A DNA stretch of 43,349 nucleotides from a virus (IMGVR_UViG_2541047690_000002); one strand, 5' to 3'; shown: positions 1 through 9,221, counted from the stretch's first letter. The notes: a model not told the origin generated them from the sequence alone. Program-made: numbers and translations.

Positions 1-1254
1 ATGCTGGAACAAATGGGCATTGCCGCGAAGCAAGCCTCGTATAAATTAGCGCAACTCTCCAGCCGCGAAAAAAATCGCGTGCTGGAAAAAATCGCCGATG
101 AACTGGAAGCACAAAGCGAAATCATCCTCAACGCTAACGCCCAGGATGTTGCTGACGCGCGTGCCAATGGCCTTGGCGAAGCGATGCTTGACCGTCTGGC
201 ACTGACGCCCGCACGGCTGAAAGGCATTGCCGATGATGTGCGCCAGGTGTGTAACCTCGCCGATCCGGTGGGGCAGGTAATCGATGGCAGCGTACTGGAC
301 AGCGGCCTGCGTCTTGAGCGTCGTCGCGTACCGCTGGGGGTTATTGGCGTGATTTATGAAGCGCGCCCGAACGTGACGGTTGATGTCGCTTCGCTGTGCC
401 TGAAAACCGGTAACGCAGTGATTCTGCGTGGCGGTAAAGAAACCTGTCGCACTAACGCGGCAACGGTGGCGGTGATTCAGGACGCCCTGAAATCCTGTGG
501 CTTACCGGTGGGTGCCGTGCAGGCGATTGATAATCCTGACCGTGCGCTGGTCAGTGAAATGCTGCGTATGGATAAATACATCGACATGCTGATCCCGCGT
601 GGTGGCGCTGGTTTGCATAAACTGTGCCGCGAACAGTCGACGATCCCGGTGATCACAGGTGGTATAGGCGTATGCCATATTTATGTTGATGAAAGTGTAG
701 AGATTGCTGAAGCATTAAAAGTGATCGTCAACGCGAAAACTCAGCGTCCGAGCACATGTAATACGGTAGAAACGTTGCTGGTGAATAAAAACATCGCCGA
801 TAGCTTCCTGCCCGCATTAAGCAAACAAATGGAGGAAAGCGGCGTGGCATTACACGCAGATGCAGCTGCGCTGGCGCAGTTGCAGACAGGCCCCGCGAAG
901 GTGGTGGCTGTTAAAGCGGAAGAGTATGACGATGAGTTTCTGTCATTAGATTTGAACGTCAAAATCGTCAGTGATCTTGACGATGCCATCGCCCATATTC
1001 GTGAACACGGCACACAACACTCCGATGCGATCCTGACCCGCGATATGCGCAACGCCCAGCGTTTTGTTAACGAAGTGGATTCGTCCGCTGTTTACGTTAA
1101 CGCCTCTACGCGTTTTACCGACGGCGGCCAGTTTGGACTAGGTGCGGAAGTGGCGGTAAGCACACAAAAACTCCACGCGCGTGGCCCAATGGGGCTGGAA
1201 GCACTGACCACTTACAAGTGGATCGGTATTGGTGATTACACCATTCGTGCGTAA
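1..1254 (+). CDS. proA: Gamma-glutamyl phosphate reductase (host housekeeping gene, complete)
   Basis: 417-aa ORF whose translation I recognise as essentially identical to E. coli ProA; normal host-like GC; immediately upstream of thrW as in E. coli. Confidence 0.93.
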   Translation: MLEQMGIAAKQASYKLAQLSSREKNRVLEKIADELEAQSEIILNANAQDVADARANGLGEAMLDRLALTPARLKGIADDVRQVCNLADPVGQVIDGSVLDSGLRLERRRVPLGVIGVIYEARPNVTVDVASLCLKTGNAVILRGGKETCRTNAATVAVIQDALKSCGLPVGAVQAIDNPDRALVSEMLRMDKYIDMLIPRGGAGLHKLCREQSTIPVITGGIGVCHIYVDESVEIAEALKVIVNAKTQRPSTCNTVETLLVNKNIADSFLPALSKQMEESGVALHADAAALAQLQTGPAKVVAVKAEEYDDEFLSLDLNVKIVSDLDDAIAHIREHGTQHSDAILTRDMRNAQRFVNEVDSSAVYVNASTRFTDGGQFGLGAEVAVSTQKLHARGPMGLEALTTYKWIGIGDYTIRA

Positions 1255-1368
1255 ATAAAACCGGGTGATGCAAAAGTAGCCATTTGATTCACAAGGCCAT
1301 TGACGCATCGCCCGGTTAGTTTTAACCTTGTCCACCGTGATTCACGTTCGTGAACATGTCCTTTCAGG

Positions 1369-1444
1369 GCCGATATAGCTCAGTTGGTAGAGCAGCGCAT
1401 TCGTAATGCGAAGGTCGTAGGTTCGACTCCTATTATCGGCACCA
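1369..1444 (+). tRNA. thrW: tRNA-Thr (CGU anticodon), known prophage integration hotspot
   Basis: 76-nt sequence GCCGATATAGCTCAGTTGGTAGAGCAGCGCATTCGTAATGCGAAGGTCGTAGGTTCGACTCCTATTATCGGCACCA with acceptor stem, D-loop, CGT anticodon, T-loop GGTTCGA and 3' CCA; integrase gene starts 15 nt downstream. Confidence 0.9.
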
Positions 1445-1458
1445 TTAAAATCAATAAG

Positions 1459-2622
1459 TTACACATCATTAGTACCTTCCTTATTTTTTGACTGGGACAA
1501 ATTTGGGACCGATGGGTTCAGGATCGAGTCTATTTGCCGTGCGTGTTCGGTAAGGTGATTAGGTGCAAGGTGAGCATATCGACGAACCATTTCGATAGAC
1601 TCCCAGCCTCCCATTTCCTGTAACACTGACAATGGGACTCCGGCTTGAACCAGCCAACTTGCCCAGGTGTGTCTCAAGTCGTGAAATCTGAAATCATCAA
1701 TACCAGCCCGTCTCAGCGCCGCTTTCCAGGCTGTGTTTGCGTCATACCGCATCTTCCTTACTGTTGGCGCTTTCGTTCCGTCTGGTTTGGTACAGCTTTC
1801 CTTGTACACAAATACCCAACGGTGATGATTCCCGATTTGTTTTTTCAATACGCGACATGCAGTATCATTCAGCGCAACGCCAATTGCGCGGTTTGATTTA
1901 CTCTCTTCCGGGTTTATCCATGCCACCCGGCGCTGCATGTCTATTTGTTGCCATTCAAGGTTGATGATGTTCGAGCGTCTTAAGCCTGTTGCCAGTGCAA
2001 ATTCAACAACAGACTTTAATGGCTCCGGACATTCATCAATCAGCCTTTGTGCTTCATGGGGCTCCAGCCAGCGGATCCGTTTATTCTTTGGTTGAGGCAC
2101 TTTAATAATTGGTGCCTTATCCAGCATTTTCCATTCACGCTCTGCGGCTCTTAGTAGGGCTTTTATAAATGAAAGATGCGTAGCCTTCGTTGCAACAGAC
2201 GCTGGTTTTGGCTTGTATTCTGGAACAGGTTTCCCTTTTTTTCTGCATGCTTCTGCCCTGAGTTTCCAGTTTTCCTCATTACGCCGGTTCGTCATTTTCT
2301 GCATTGCTGAATAAATTTTTGATTCAGTAATGTCTCTTAGTTGCATTCCTGCGAAATGTTGAAGCCAGAATCCGATCCGGCTTTTGTCATCGTCCAGTGA
2401 TTTTTTATGTGCTTTCTCTTCAAGCCACCTGACACACGCTTCCTCGAACGTTATATCAGGTATTTCACCAAGTTTGCTGACCCGCCATGCTTCAGCCTTT
2501 AGCTTGTCATGGAGTTCTGTCGCCTGCCTTTTGTCCTTTGTTCCAAGAGACTGTTTAAATCTTTTACCGTTCGGCAATGTGAAACTGGCGTACCATATTT
2601 CACCTCTGCGGAAGAGTGACAT
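1459..2622 (-). CDS. int: Tyrosine-type site-specific integrase, P22-like
   Basis: 387-aa ORF; translation recalled as very close to phage P22 Int; C-terminal catalytic-domain signature HDLRHTWAS...RRYAHL (His-X-X-Arg and the Tyr nucleophile region); adjacent to tRNA. Confidence 0.9.
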   Translation of the reverse strand: MSLFRRGEIWYASFTLPNGKRFKQSLGTKDKRQATELHDKLKAEAWRVSKLGEIPDITFEEACVRWLEEKAHKKSLDDDKSRIGFWLQHFAGMQLRDITESKIYSAMQKMTNRRNEENWKLRAEACRKKGKPVPEYKPKPASVATKATHLSFIKALLRAAEREWKMLDKAPIIKVPQPKNKRIRWLEPHEAQRLIDECPEPLKSVVEFALATGLRRSNIINLEWQQIDMQRRVAWINPEESKSNRAIGVALNDTACRVLKKQIGNHHRWVFVYKESCTKPDGTKAPTVRKMRYDANTAWKAALRRAGIDDFRFHDLRHTWASWLVQAGVPLSVLQEMGGWESIEMVRRYAHLAPNHLTEHARQIDSILNPSVPNLSQSKNKEGTNDV

Positions 2623-2849
2623 TTTCTTTCCTCTGTTATGCCATCACCCGCGCTCACCTGGACAGTATGCAGCGGAGACTGAAGCGCCGCAATGCAGGCT
2701 TGTCGTGTTGTGAGGTAAGGAGATTTTAGTTTAGTGGGGTCTTTGCGTGTTGCCTGTAGGCGGCCTGTTCGTATCCAGTTGGTAGCGGTAGGTCTGGATA
2801 TCTTGAGAAACTGACAGGCCTCATCGAGTGTGAGGCTGTATGATTCCAT
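2499..2849 (-). CDS. xis: Excisionase, P22-like
   Basis: 116-aa product if started at the internal ATG ([31 protein letters not shown]...); resembles P22 Xis; the 3' end overlaps the int start by about 124 nt. The longer track ORF (start 2879) is probably an upstream extension. Confidence 0.7.
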   Translation of the reverse strand: MESYSLTLDEACQFLKISRPTATNWIRTGRLQATRKDPTKLKSPYLTTRQACIAALQSPLHTVQVSAGDGITEERKCHSSAEVKYGTPVSHCRTVKDLNSLLEQRTKGRRQNSMTS

Positions 2850-3099
2850 GGTTACCTCTGCTTTTTGAACGCATGTCACGTAACTTCTTAATGTGTTCTG
2901 CCGTTTCGATCTCTTCTGCTATCCGATCTGCATCAGCTTTATTCACAGGTTCAAAGTCATGATTAAAGCGGAACATGCTGGCGATACATGTTCTGCCTTT
3001 TCGGATGTAGTGAACTTTGTTGTGGGTAGAACGCAGGATTTTGCAGGGAGTGCCGTGGTGGTCGACGTACCAGGTGTTAGGAAAAATGATTCTGAACAT
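2821..3099 (-). CDS. Hypothetical small prophage protein
   Basis: 92-aa ORF with GAGGTG Shine-Dalgarno about 6 nt upstream of ATG at 3099; no recognisable motif; overlaps xis start by 29 nt. Confidence 0.4.
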   Translation of the reverse strand: MFRIIFPNTWYVDHHGTPCKILRSTHNKVHYIRKGRTCIASMFRFNHDFEPVNKADADRIAEEIETAEHIKKLRDMRSKSRGNHGIIQPHTR

Positions 3100-3146
3100 T
3101 TTTACACCTCAGTTGGACGATGTTGAAATTTGCTGCTTTGAGGCCA

Positions 3147-3365
3147 TCACAATCCCCATTGTTTGTTCTTAAGTTCGATCTCCTCCTGGCAACTTGCACA
3201 AGTCCGACAACCCTGAACGGCCAGGCGTCTTCGTTCATCTATGGGATCGCCACACTCACAACAATGAGTGGCAGATATAACCTGGTGGTTCAGACGACGC
3301 ATTTTTATTGCTGTATTGCGCTGTAATTCTTCGATTTCTGATGCTGAATCAATGATGTCTGCCAT
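3147..3365 (-). CDS. TraR/DksA-family C4 zinc-finger protein
   Basis: 72-aa ORF with CCECG...CRTCASC four-cysteine arrangement typical of phage/plasmid TraR-like zinc fingers. Confidence 0.6.
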   Translation of the reverse strand: MADIIDSASEIEELQRNTAIKMRRLNHQVISATHCCECGDPIDERRRLAVQGCRTCASCQEEIELKNKQWGL

Positions 3366-3463
3366 CTTCCATTAATCCCTGAATTGTTGGTTAATACGCT
3401 TGAGGGTGAATGCGAATAATAAAAAAGGAGCCTGTAGCTCCCTGATGATTTTGCTTTTCATGT

Positions 3464-3679
3464 TCATCGCTCCTTAAAGACGCCGTTTAACATGCCGATC
3501 GCCAGGCTTAAATGAGTCGGTGTGAATCCCATCAGCGTTACCGTTTCGCGGTGCTTCTTCAGTACGCTACGGCAAATGTCATCGACGTTTTTATCCGGAA
3601 ACTGCTGTCTGGCTTTTTTGATTTCAGAATTAGCCTGACGGGCAATACTGCGAAGGGCGTTTTCTTGCTGAGGTGTCAT
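3464..3679 (-). CDS. Small early-left protein (lambda orf60a-like)
   Basis: Internal ATG start giving MTPQQENALRSIARQANSEIKK...; resembles a small ORF of the lambda b2/exo-proximal region from memory. Confidence 0.45.
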   Translation of the reverse strand: MTPQQENALRSIARQANSEIKKARQQFPDKNVDDICRSVLKKHRETVTLMGFTPTHLSLAIGMLNGVFKER

Positions 3680-3755
3680 TGAACAAGTCCCATGTCGGCA
3701 AGCATAAGCACACAGAATATGAAGCCCGCTGCCAGAAAAATGCATTCAGTGGTTG

Positions 3756-3947
3756 TCATACCTGGTCTCTCTCATCTGCTTCTGCTTTCGCCACCATCAT
3801 TTCCAGCTTTTGTGAAAGGGATGCGGCTAACGTATGAAATTCTTCGTCTGTTTCTACTGGTATTGGCACAAACCTGACTCCAATTTGAGCGAGGCTATGT
3901 GCCATCTCAATGCTCGTTCTTAACTCAACAGGAGATGCTTTGTGCAT
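3756..3947 (-). CDS. Small early-left protein (lambda orf63-like)
   Basis: 63-aa [26 protein letters not shown]...; position and length match lambda orf63. Confidence 0.5.
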   Translation of the reverse strand: MHKASPVELRTSIEMAHSLAQIGVRFVPIPVETDEEFHTLAASLSQKLEMMVAKAEADERDQV

Positions 3948-4108
3948 ACAGCTCCCCGTTTATTATTTATCTCCTCAGCCAGCCGCTGTGCTTTCAGGGG
4001 ATTTCGGGTAACAGAAAGGCCGGGAAATACCCAGCCTCGCTTTGTAACGGAGTAGACGAAAGTGATCGCGCCTACCCGGATATTATCGTGAGGATGCGTC
4101 ATCGCCAT
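3920..4108 (-). CDS. Small early-left protein (lambda orf61-like)
   Basis: 62-aa [24 protein letters not shown]... immediately downstream of exo, as lambda orf61. Confidence 0.5.
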   Translation of the reverse strand: MAMTHPHDNIRVGAITFVYSVTKRGWVFPGLSVTRNPLKAQRLAEEINNKRGAVCTKHLLLS

Positions 4109-4779
4109 TGCTCCCCAAATACAAAACCAATTTCAGCCAGTGCCTCGTCCATTTTTTCGATGAACTCCGGCACCATCTCGTCAAAACTCGCCATGTACTT
4201 TTCATTCCGCTCAATCACGACATAATGCAGGCCTTCACGCTTCATGCGCGGGTCATAGTTGGCAAAGTACCAGGCATCTTTTCGCGTCACCCACATGCTG
4301 TACTGCACCTGGGCCATGTAAGCCGATTTTATTGCCTCGAAACCACCGAGCCGGAACTTCATGAAATCCCGGGAGGTAAACGGGCATTTCAGTTCAAGGC
4401 CGTTGCCGTCACTGCATAAACCATCGGGAGAGCAGGCGGTGCGCATACTTTCGTCGTGATAGATGATCGGGGATTCAGTAACATTCACGCCGGAAGTGAA
4501 TTCAAACAGGGTTCTGGCGTCGTTCTCGTACTGTTTTCCCCAGGCCAGCGCCTTAGCATTAACTTCCGGAGTCACACCGGTGCAAACCTCAGCCAGCAGG
4601 GTGTGGAAGTAGGACATTTTCATGTCAGGCCACTTCTTTCCTGAGCGGGGCTTTGCTATCACGTTGTGAACTTCTGAAGCGGTGATGACGCCGAGCCGTA
4701 ATTTGTGCCATGCATCATCCCCCTGTTCGACAGCTCTCACGTCGATCCCGGTACGCTGCAGGATAATGTCCGGTGTCAT
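4099..4779 (-). CDS. exo: Lambda exonuclease (Red-alpha)
   Basis: 226-aa translation recalled as near-identical to lambda Exo ([40 protein letters not shown]...). Confidence 0.95.
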   Translation of the reverse strand: MTPDIILQRTGIDVRAVEQGDDAWHKLRLGVITASEVHNVIAKPRSGKKWPDMKMSYFHTLLAEVCTGVTPEVNAKALAWGKQYENDARTLFEFTSGVNVTESPIIYHDESMRTACSPDGLCSDGNGLELKCPFTSRDFMKFRLGGFEAIKSAYMAQVQYSMWVTRKDAWYFANYDPRMKREGLHYVVIERNEKYMASFDEMVPEFIEKMDEALAEIGFVFGEQWR

Positions 4780-5561
4780 GCTGCCACCTTCTGCTCAGTG
4801 GCTTTCTGTTTCAGGAATCCAAGAGCTTTCACTGCTTCGGCCTGTGTCAGTTCTGACGATGCGCGAATGTCGCGGCGAAATATCTGGGAACAGAGCGGCA
4901 ATAAGTCGTCATCCCATGTTTTATCCAGGGCTATCAGCAGAGTGTTAATCTCCTGCATGGTTTCATCGTTAACCGGAGTGATGTCGCGTTCTGGCTGACG
5001 TTCTGCAGTGTATGCAGTATTTTCGACAATGCGCTCGGCTTCATCCTTGTCATAGATACCAGCAAATCCGAAGGCCAGACGGGCACACTGAATCATGGCT
5101 TTATGCCGTAACATCCGTTTGGGATGCGACTGCCACGGCCCCGTGATTTCTCTGCCTTCGCGAGTTTTGAATGGTTCGCGGCGGCATTCATCCATCCATT
5201 CGGTAACGCAGATCGGATGATTACGGTCCTTGCGGTAAATCCGGCATGTACAGGATTCATTGTCCTGCTCAAAGTCCATGCCATCAAACTGCTGGTTTTC
5301 ATTGATGATGCGGGACCAGCCATCAACGCCCACCACCGGAACGATGCCGTTCTGCTTATCAGGGAAGGCGTAAATTTCTTTCGTCCACGGATTAAGGCCG
5401 TACTGGTTGGCGACGATCAACAATGCGATGAACTGCGCATCGCTGGCATCACCTTTAAATGCCGTCTGGCGAAGAGTGGTGATCAGTTCCTGTGGGTCGA
5501 CAGAATCCATGCCGACACGTTCAGCCAGCTTCCCTGCCAGCGTTGCGAGTGCTGTACTCAT
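4776..5561 (-). CDS. bet: Recombination protein Bet (Red-beta, single-strand annealing)
   Basis: 261-aa translation recalled as near-identical to lambda Bet; 4-nt overlap with exo. Confidence 0.95.
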   Translation of the reverse strand: MSTALATLAGKLAERVGMDSVDPQELITTLRQTAFKGDASDAQFIALLIVANQYGLNPWTKEIYAFPDKQNGIVPVVGVDGWSRIINENQQFDGMDFEQDNESCTCRIYRKDRNHPICVTEWMDECRREPFKTREGREITGPWQSHPKRMLRHKAMIQCARLAFGFAGIYDKDEAERIVENTAYTAERQPERDITPVNDETMQEINTLLIALDKTWDDDLLPLCSQIFRRDIRASSELTQAEAVKALGFLKQKATEQKVAA

Positions 5562-5566
5562 CCGTT

Positions 5567-5863
5567 TTATACCTCTGAATCAATATCAACCTGGTGGTGA
5601 GCAATGGTTTCAACCATGTACTGGATGTGTTCTGCCATGCGCTCCTGAAACTCAACATCGTCATCAAACGCACGGGTAATGGCTTTTTTGCTGGCCCCGT
5701 GGCGTTGCAAATGATCGATGCATAGCGATTCAAACAGGTGCTGGGGCAGGCCTTTTTCCATGTCGTCTGCCAGTTCTGCCTCTTTCTCTTCACGGGCGAT
5801 CTGCTGGTAGTGACGCGCCCAGCTCTGAGCCTCAAGACGATCCTGAATGTAATAAGCGTTCAT
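5567..5863 (-). CDS. gam: Host-nuclease inhibitor Gam (short GamS form)
   Basis: 98-aa translation [21 protein letters not shown]... matches lambda GamS. Confidence 0.92.
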   Translation of the reverse strand: MNAYYIQDRLEAQSWARHYQQIAREEKEAELADDMEKGLPQHLFESLCIDHLQRHGASKKAITRAFDDDVEFQERMAEHIQYMVETIAHHQVDIDSEV

Positions 5864-5938
5864 GGCTGAACTCCTGAAAATGGCTGTGAAAAAATCGCCC
5901 GCGGAATGCCAGGCTGATTCGGAAAACAGGAAAGGGGA

Positions 5939-6229
5939 TTAGTGATTCAGACCGTTGCCGCGTCCGTCGAGAAAAACTTCCACGAGCAAGTCACGGGTAT
6001 AAGTGCGCTCAATGCCGCGATGCAGATAAAGTCGTCCGCGTAAATTAGCTGATGCAGTCCAGGTACCATCTTTGCGTTTGACCAGCATTCCTGGCATGAC
6101 CGCACCGCGATTAACGGTCTGCGTTCCGTAATGTTGATGAACCATAAAAACTCCTGCCCGTAAGCTGGGCTGCTGAACATATAAAGACTTCTGCGCGTAT
6201 TCAGGCGGTGGATGGCCGCCGGTTGTCAT
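5939..6229 (-). CDS. Hypothetical protein, first gene of the leftward early operon (kil/cIII position)
   Basis: 96-aa ORF with no recognised motif; an overlapping 77-aa ORF in another frame makes the true frame and start uncertain. Confidence 0.3.
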   Translation of the reverse strand: MTTGGHPPPEYAQKSLYVQQPSLRAGVFMVHQHYGTQTVNRGAVMPGMLVKRKDGTWTASANLRGRLYLHRGIERTYTRDLLVEVFLDGRGNGLNH

Positions 6230-6419
6230 AACTAAGCCGCCTCGTTGAAGCGACTAAGGTATGAAATGTTGAGTTGATTTCAGCTGGTCACACCGACGTT
6301 CACGCGTCCGTTTCATCCCTCGCACTCCCCGAAGCCTGCTGAAATTCAAGCTGCGGATCTAAGCGGTCATCGCAACGGTGAATCAGGTGGTTGCCGTATC
6401 GTTGTGTTGTTGCGATATG

Positions 6420-6500
6420 GTGATAATAGCTATTGCTATTGGTGATATCAATACTTATTGCTATTAGTTGATGTGTTTTGATATTAAATGTTTGATAGCA
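6420..6500. promoter_or_regulatory. Putative leftward operator/promoter region (OL/PL analogue)
   Basis: AT-rich stretch with reiterated TATTGCTATT and GATATCAAAACAC-type motifs that recur in the cI-cro intergenic region (8860..8969); lies upstream of the leftward early genes. Confidence 0.45.
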
Positions 6501-6588
6501 AAAAGAATTAATTTTGTGACTTGCATCGCATAGCGATAACTGAAGTGAGGTCGTGGTGGTTTTTTGAACGGTGTGTGATGAGGGGAGG

Positions 6589-6617
6589 GCAAAAGAAAAC
6601 CCGGCACGGTGGCCGGG
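6589..6617 (-). terminator. Intrinsic terminator downstream of the cI-linked cassette
   Basis: Minus-strand reading: hairpin CCCGGC-(6 nt loop)-GCCGGG at 6600..6617 followed by GTTTTCTTTTGC U-tract (6589..6599); abuts the stop codon of the 149-aa membrane-protein gene. Confidence 0.6.
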
Positions 6618-7067
6618 TTATTGTTCTTGATTGATCTTATCGAAGATATCATGACTTAATTTTTGCACATTTAGGAAATTTACTATGAAGAAGACAATTG
6701 CGTAAATTATTAATGTGAAAAAAAGTATTGAAGGAGAGAATTTTAGTATCAGGGATTTAAATTCAAAGCTGAACTCATACTCTTTTAAATATTCACTAAG
6801 CACAAGGCATAAAGTAGAAAGAGTGAAAAAGCGCAAAAAAGAATTTCGTATAGATACCAATTCTTTTCTGATAACTTTAACATAATTAATGTTTTTAATG
6901 CCAGACATGTTAAAAGTTACAATCAACCCTAACCCGATAGAAAACATTATGCCACAGACAGAATACAATGTAGAAATCAAAAACTGATCAGGCCTCCAAG
7001 CTAAAAATGATGGAAGCCCGATAGTAATTATCAGAACAATTAGCAAGCTAGCTATTTGTCGCTTCAT
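6618..7067 (-). CDS. Small four-helix integral membrane protein in the RexB position (candidate exclusion-system effector)
   Basis: 149 aa; four hydrophobic segments of about 20 residues (approx. residues 4-24, 32-52, 80-100, 113-134); markedly AT-rich codon usage; 20-nt overlap with the upstream gene; same strand and immediately downstream of cI. Confidence 0.6.
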   Translation of the reverse strand: MKRQIASLLIVLIITIGLPSFLAWRPDQFLISTLYSVCGIMFSIGLGLIVTFNMSGIKNINYVKVIRKELVSIRNSFLRFFTLSTLCLVLSEYLKEYEFSFEFKSLILKFSPSILFFTLIIYAIVFFIVNFLNVQKLSHDIFDKINQEQ

Positions 7068-8073
7068 TTTCTATCTCTTTTAAATATCTGCTCATTTCTT
7101 GAAATACCTCTTGTTCTACAAGCTTGCCTGAATCAGTAACCTCAATTGTTACAATTTTAATCTTAAGAAGATCTTTGCCTTTTATTTCTGAGCGACCATC
7201 ACTTCGTTTGAATACAATGTTATCAAGATCACTAACAGGTTTTAATGTTGCACCTAATAGTTTAGCATAACTATCTTCATCCATGCTCCTTGGTTTACTA
7301 AACTTTATCAACAGTTCAGCTGATACTATTTGATTGTCAATTATTTCTTTTAGATTTGGGAAATTTGGTACAGCTGATTTCAATGCATTTAAAACAGCGT
7401 GTGAAAGTTTTATTTTTGTATTTTTTTCTTCAATTTCTGATGGTGGCGATTTCATATCGGATGACTGAACCAATACTTCTTTTGGAAGAGGAGATGGATC
7501 TCTCACAGAAATTGATTTTATATCCTTAAGCTGAACTTTATTACCTTTAACAATCATCGGTGTGAATTCAATCATTTCATTCCCAACCAGCCAGCGTATA
7601 TAAGTTTGTAGAGATGATATAGTCCTATTCATCTGCAGATTGGTAACTAAATAATTATCACTTATACAGAAGTAGAAATGGTTTTTGCATACGACCTCTG
7701 TATCAATGTCAGCATTATGGAGATCACTAATTGTAAATGATTTTTTGTTAAAAAGTTGATCGGGAATCTTTTCAACTCCCTCGCTTGGGGCAATTCTAAC
7801 CATTGTACAAAAAACAGAATTACTGTTGTCTGATGTCTGATAGAACGATATCAAATCTTGTTCTTGCCTAAGATCGTCAGAGTTTAAAACCATGCAACGT
7901 TCTTTTACGGTAGATGAGTCAACTAGCTTTTGTAATAAAAGCTTTTTCGCGGGGCTAGATTTTTCTGTTAGATTATTGTTTTCTATCTTAAAAGCTCTTA
8001 ATTTCACTTGTTTAGGTTTATTATGTTTTTTATTTACAGAGCTGCTATTTTCACTATTCATAGAATCAACCAT
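7048..8073 (-). CDS. Hypothetical 341-aa protein in the RexA position (candidate sensor of a cI-linked exclusion system)
   Basis: ATG at 8073; AT-rich, Lys/Asn/Ser-rich product without recognisable catalytic motif; 93-nt gap from cI stop, co-directional with cI. Confidence 0.55.
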   Translation of the reverse strand: MVDSMNSENSSSVNKKHNKPKQVKLRAFKIENNNLTEKSSPAKKLLLQKLVDSSTVKERCMVLNSDDLRQEQDLISFYQTSDNSNSVFCTMVRIAPSEGVEKIPDQLFNKKSFTISDLHNADIDTEVVCKNHFYFCISDNYLVTNLQMNRTISSLQTYIRWLVGNEMIEFTPMIVKGNKVQLKDIKSISVRDPSPLPKEVLVQSSDMKSPPSEIEEKNTKIKLSHAVLNALKSAVPNFPNLKEIIDNQIVSAELLIKFSKPRSMDEDSYAKLLGATLKPVSDLDNIVFKRSDGRSEIKGKDLLKIKIVTIEVTDSGKLVEQEVFQEMSRYLKEIENEATNS

Positions 8074-8166
8074 TGATTATGTGTAGTTTTATAATGTAGT
8101 AAGCATCAAGTATTTTTATAATTTGAGTTTGGTTTATCACACAAACATTTAAACCAACTTGCTAAG

Positions 8167-8859
8167 TCATCCATGCTTTCTGTATGTCTGCGGCATGCTC
8201 CCAATAACTTTCCCGAAGATAAACACCCGGTTCATCTCGTCTTTCTCGATCGGGTCCCACGGTGAGTAGCTCTTGTTATCAGAGATAACCAGCAGCTTAT
8301 CCTTCATCATTTGCAGGCGCTTTACATGGGCTGTGTCGTCATACAGAAACGCATAGATACCATCACCGTCGAAAGATTTAACCGTGATATCAACGAACAG
8401 AAGATCACCTGGTTCGATCGTTCCTGACATGCTGTCACCACGCACGTTAATGATGCGGATATTTTCCGCCTTCCTGCCATCGAACATGTGACGAGCATCG
8501 TCAAACGAGTACTCAACCGAGCGTAGAACTTCTACAAACTCACGGTTGATTACACCCGGCCCGGCACTGACTTCTATATCAAGAACGTCAATCTTGAAGT
8601 ATTTTGAATGGCTGACAGCAGGCTTCCCTGATTGTTGACCGTCATTTCTCATCGGGCCTATGCCTGATGAGAGCCATTCTGTTCGAACACCCAATGCATT
8701 AGCTATTTCAACAATTTTTGTTGAGCCGCGCGCGTTGCCGCTTGTCAGTCTCCAGATTGTGGGTTGAGCTACGCCAGACGCCTTTGCAAGAGCGCCTTGA
8801 GACATTCCAGATTGTTCCATCGCTAGGTTTAAGCGATCAGCAAGAGTTTCTTTTTTCAT
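8167..8859 (-). CDS. cI: CI-type prophage repressor (HTH plus LexA-like S24 peptidase domain)
   Basis: N-terminal HTH (QGALAKASGVAQPTIWRL), C-terminal self-cleavage motifs (GDSMSGTI, serine nucleophile; downstream Lys); start placed at the first ATG (MKKETL...); the track ORF reaches 8895 via a TTG codon. Confidence 0.8.
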   Translation of the reverse strand: MKKETLADRLNLAMEQSGMSQGALAKASGVAQPTIWRLTSGNARGSTKIVEIANALGVRTEWLSSGIGPMRNDGQQSGKPAVSHSKYFKIDVLDIEVSAGPGVINREFVEVLRSVEYSFDDARHMFDGRKAENIRIINVRGDSMSGTIEPGDLLFVDITVKSFDGDGIYAFLYDDTAHVKRLQMMKDKLLVISDNKSYSPWDPIEKDEMNRVFIFGKVIGSMPQTYRKHG

Positions 8860-8969
8860 AAGTTTTAATTTATACGCTTGCGTATTGATAGTCAAAACAC
8901 GTTTTGCTATTGCTTGGATTAATACGCATTGCTATTATTCATTCATTGCAATACCAATAGGAATTGATA
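8860..8969. promoter_or_regulatory. Divergent cI/cro operator-promoter region (OR, PRM/PR analogue)
   Basis: Intergenic between divergent repressor and cro; contains TTGCTATTGC, CATTGCTATT and TGATAGTCAAAACAC repeats shared with the 6420..6500 region. Confidence 0.55.
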
Positions 8970-9197
8970 ATGACAAATCAAACCATTCAACTCGCAATCA
9001 GTATTACAGGTAGTCAAAAACGACTGGCAGATCTATGCGGTGTAGCCCAACCCACAGTTTGGCGTTGGCTACACGGTGGCGGAATTGATGCCCGCTATGT
9101 AATGAAAATTGTCTCAGCCACTGGTGGAAAGATTAAACCAGCAGATATTCGTCCCGACCTCGCACCATTGTTTAACGCGAGTAATTCTGCCGCCTAA
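8970..9197 (+). CDS. cro: Cro-like HTH regulator (YdaS-type)
   Basis: About 75 aa; HTH motif GSQKRLADLCGVAQPTVWRW and C-terminal RPDLAPLF typical of YdaS-like Cro proteins; divergent from cI. Confidence 0.7.
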   Translation: MTNQTIQLAISITGSQKRLADLCGVAQPTVWRWLHGGGIDARYVMKIVSATGGKIKPADIRPDLAPLFNASNSAA

Positions 9198-9221
9198 ACT
9201 GCGGCGTTAACTGATAAGGCA

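Noticed and set aside
1645-1964. Plus-strand ORFs of 83 and 75 aa inside the integrase gene
   Set aside because: Antisense to the recognised integrase; no ribosome-binding context.
5939-6229. Possibility that the 96-aa first leftward gene is the N antiterminator
   Set aside because: No arginine-rich RNA-binding motif near the N-terminus and no resemblance to lambda N as I recall it; left as hypothetical.
6464-6652. 62-aa minus-strand ORF spanning the terminator and operator region
   Set aside because: Overlaps the terminator hairpin and operator-like repeats; AT-rich, with no start context; more likely regulatory DNA.
8860-8895. Upstream extension of cI to the TTG codon at 8895
   Set aside because: The extension would place operator-like repeats inside the coding sequence; the first ATG (8859) gives a more conventional divergent intergenic region, though the longer form cannot be excluded.
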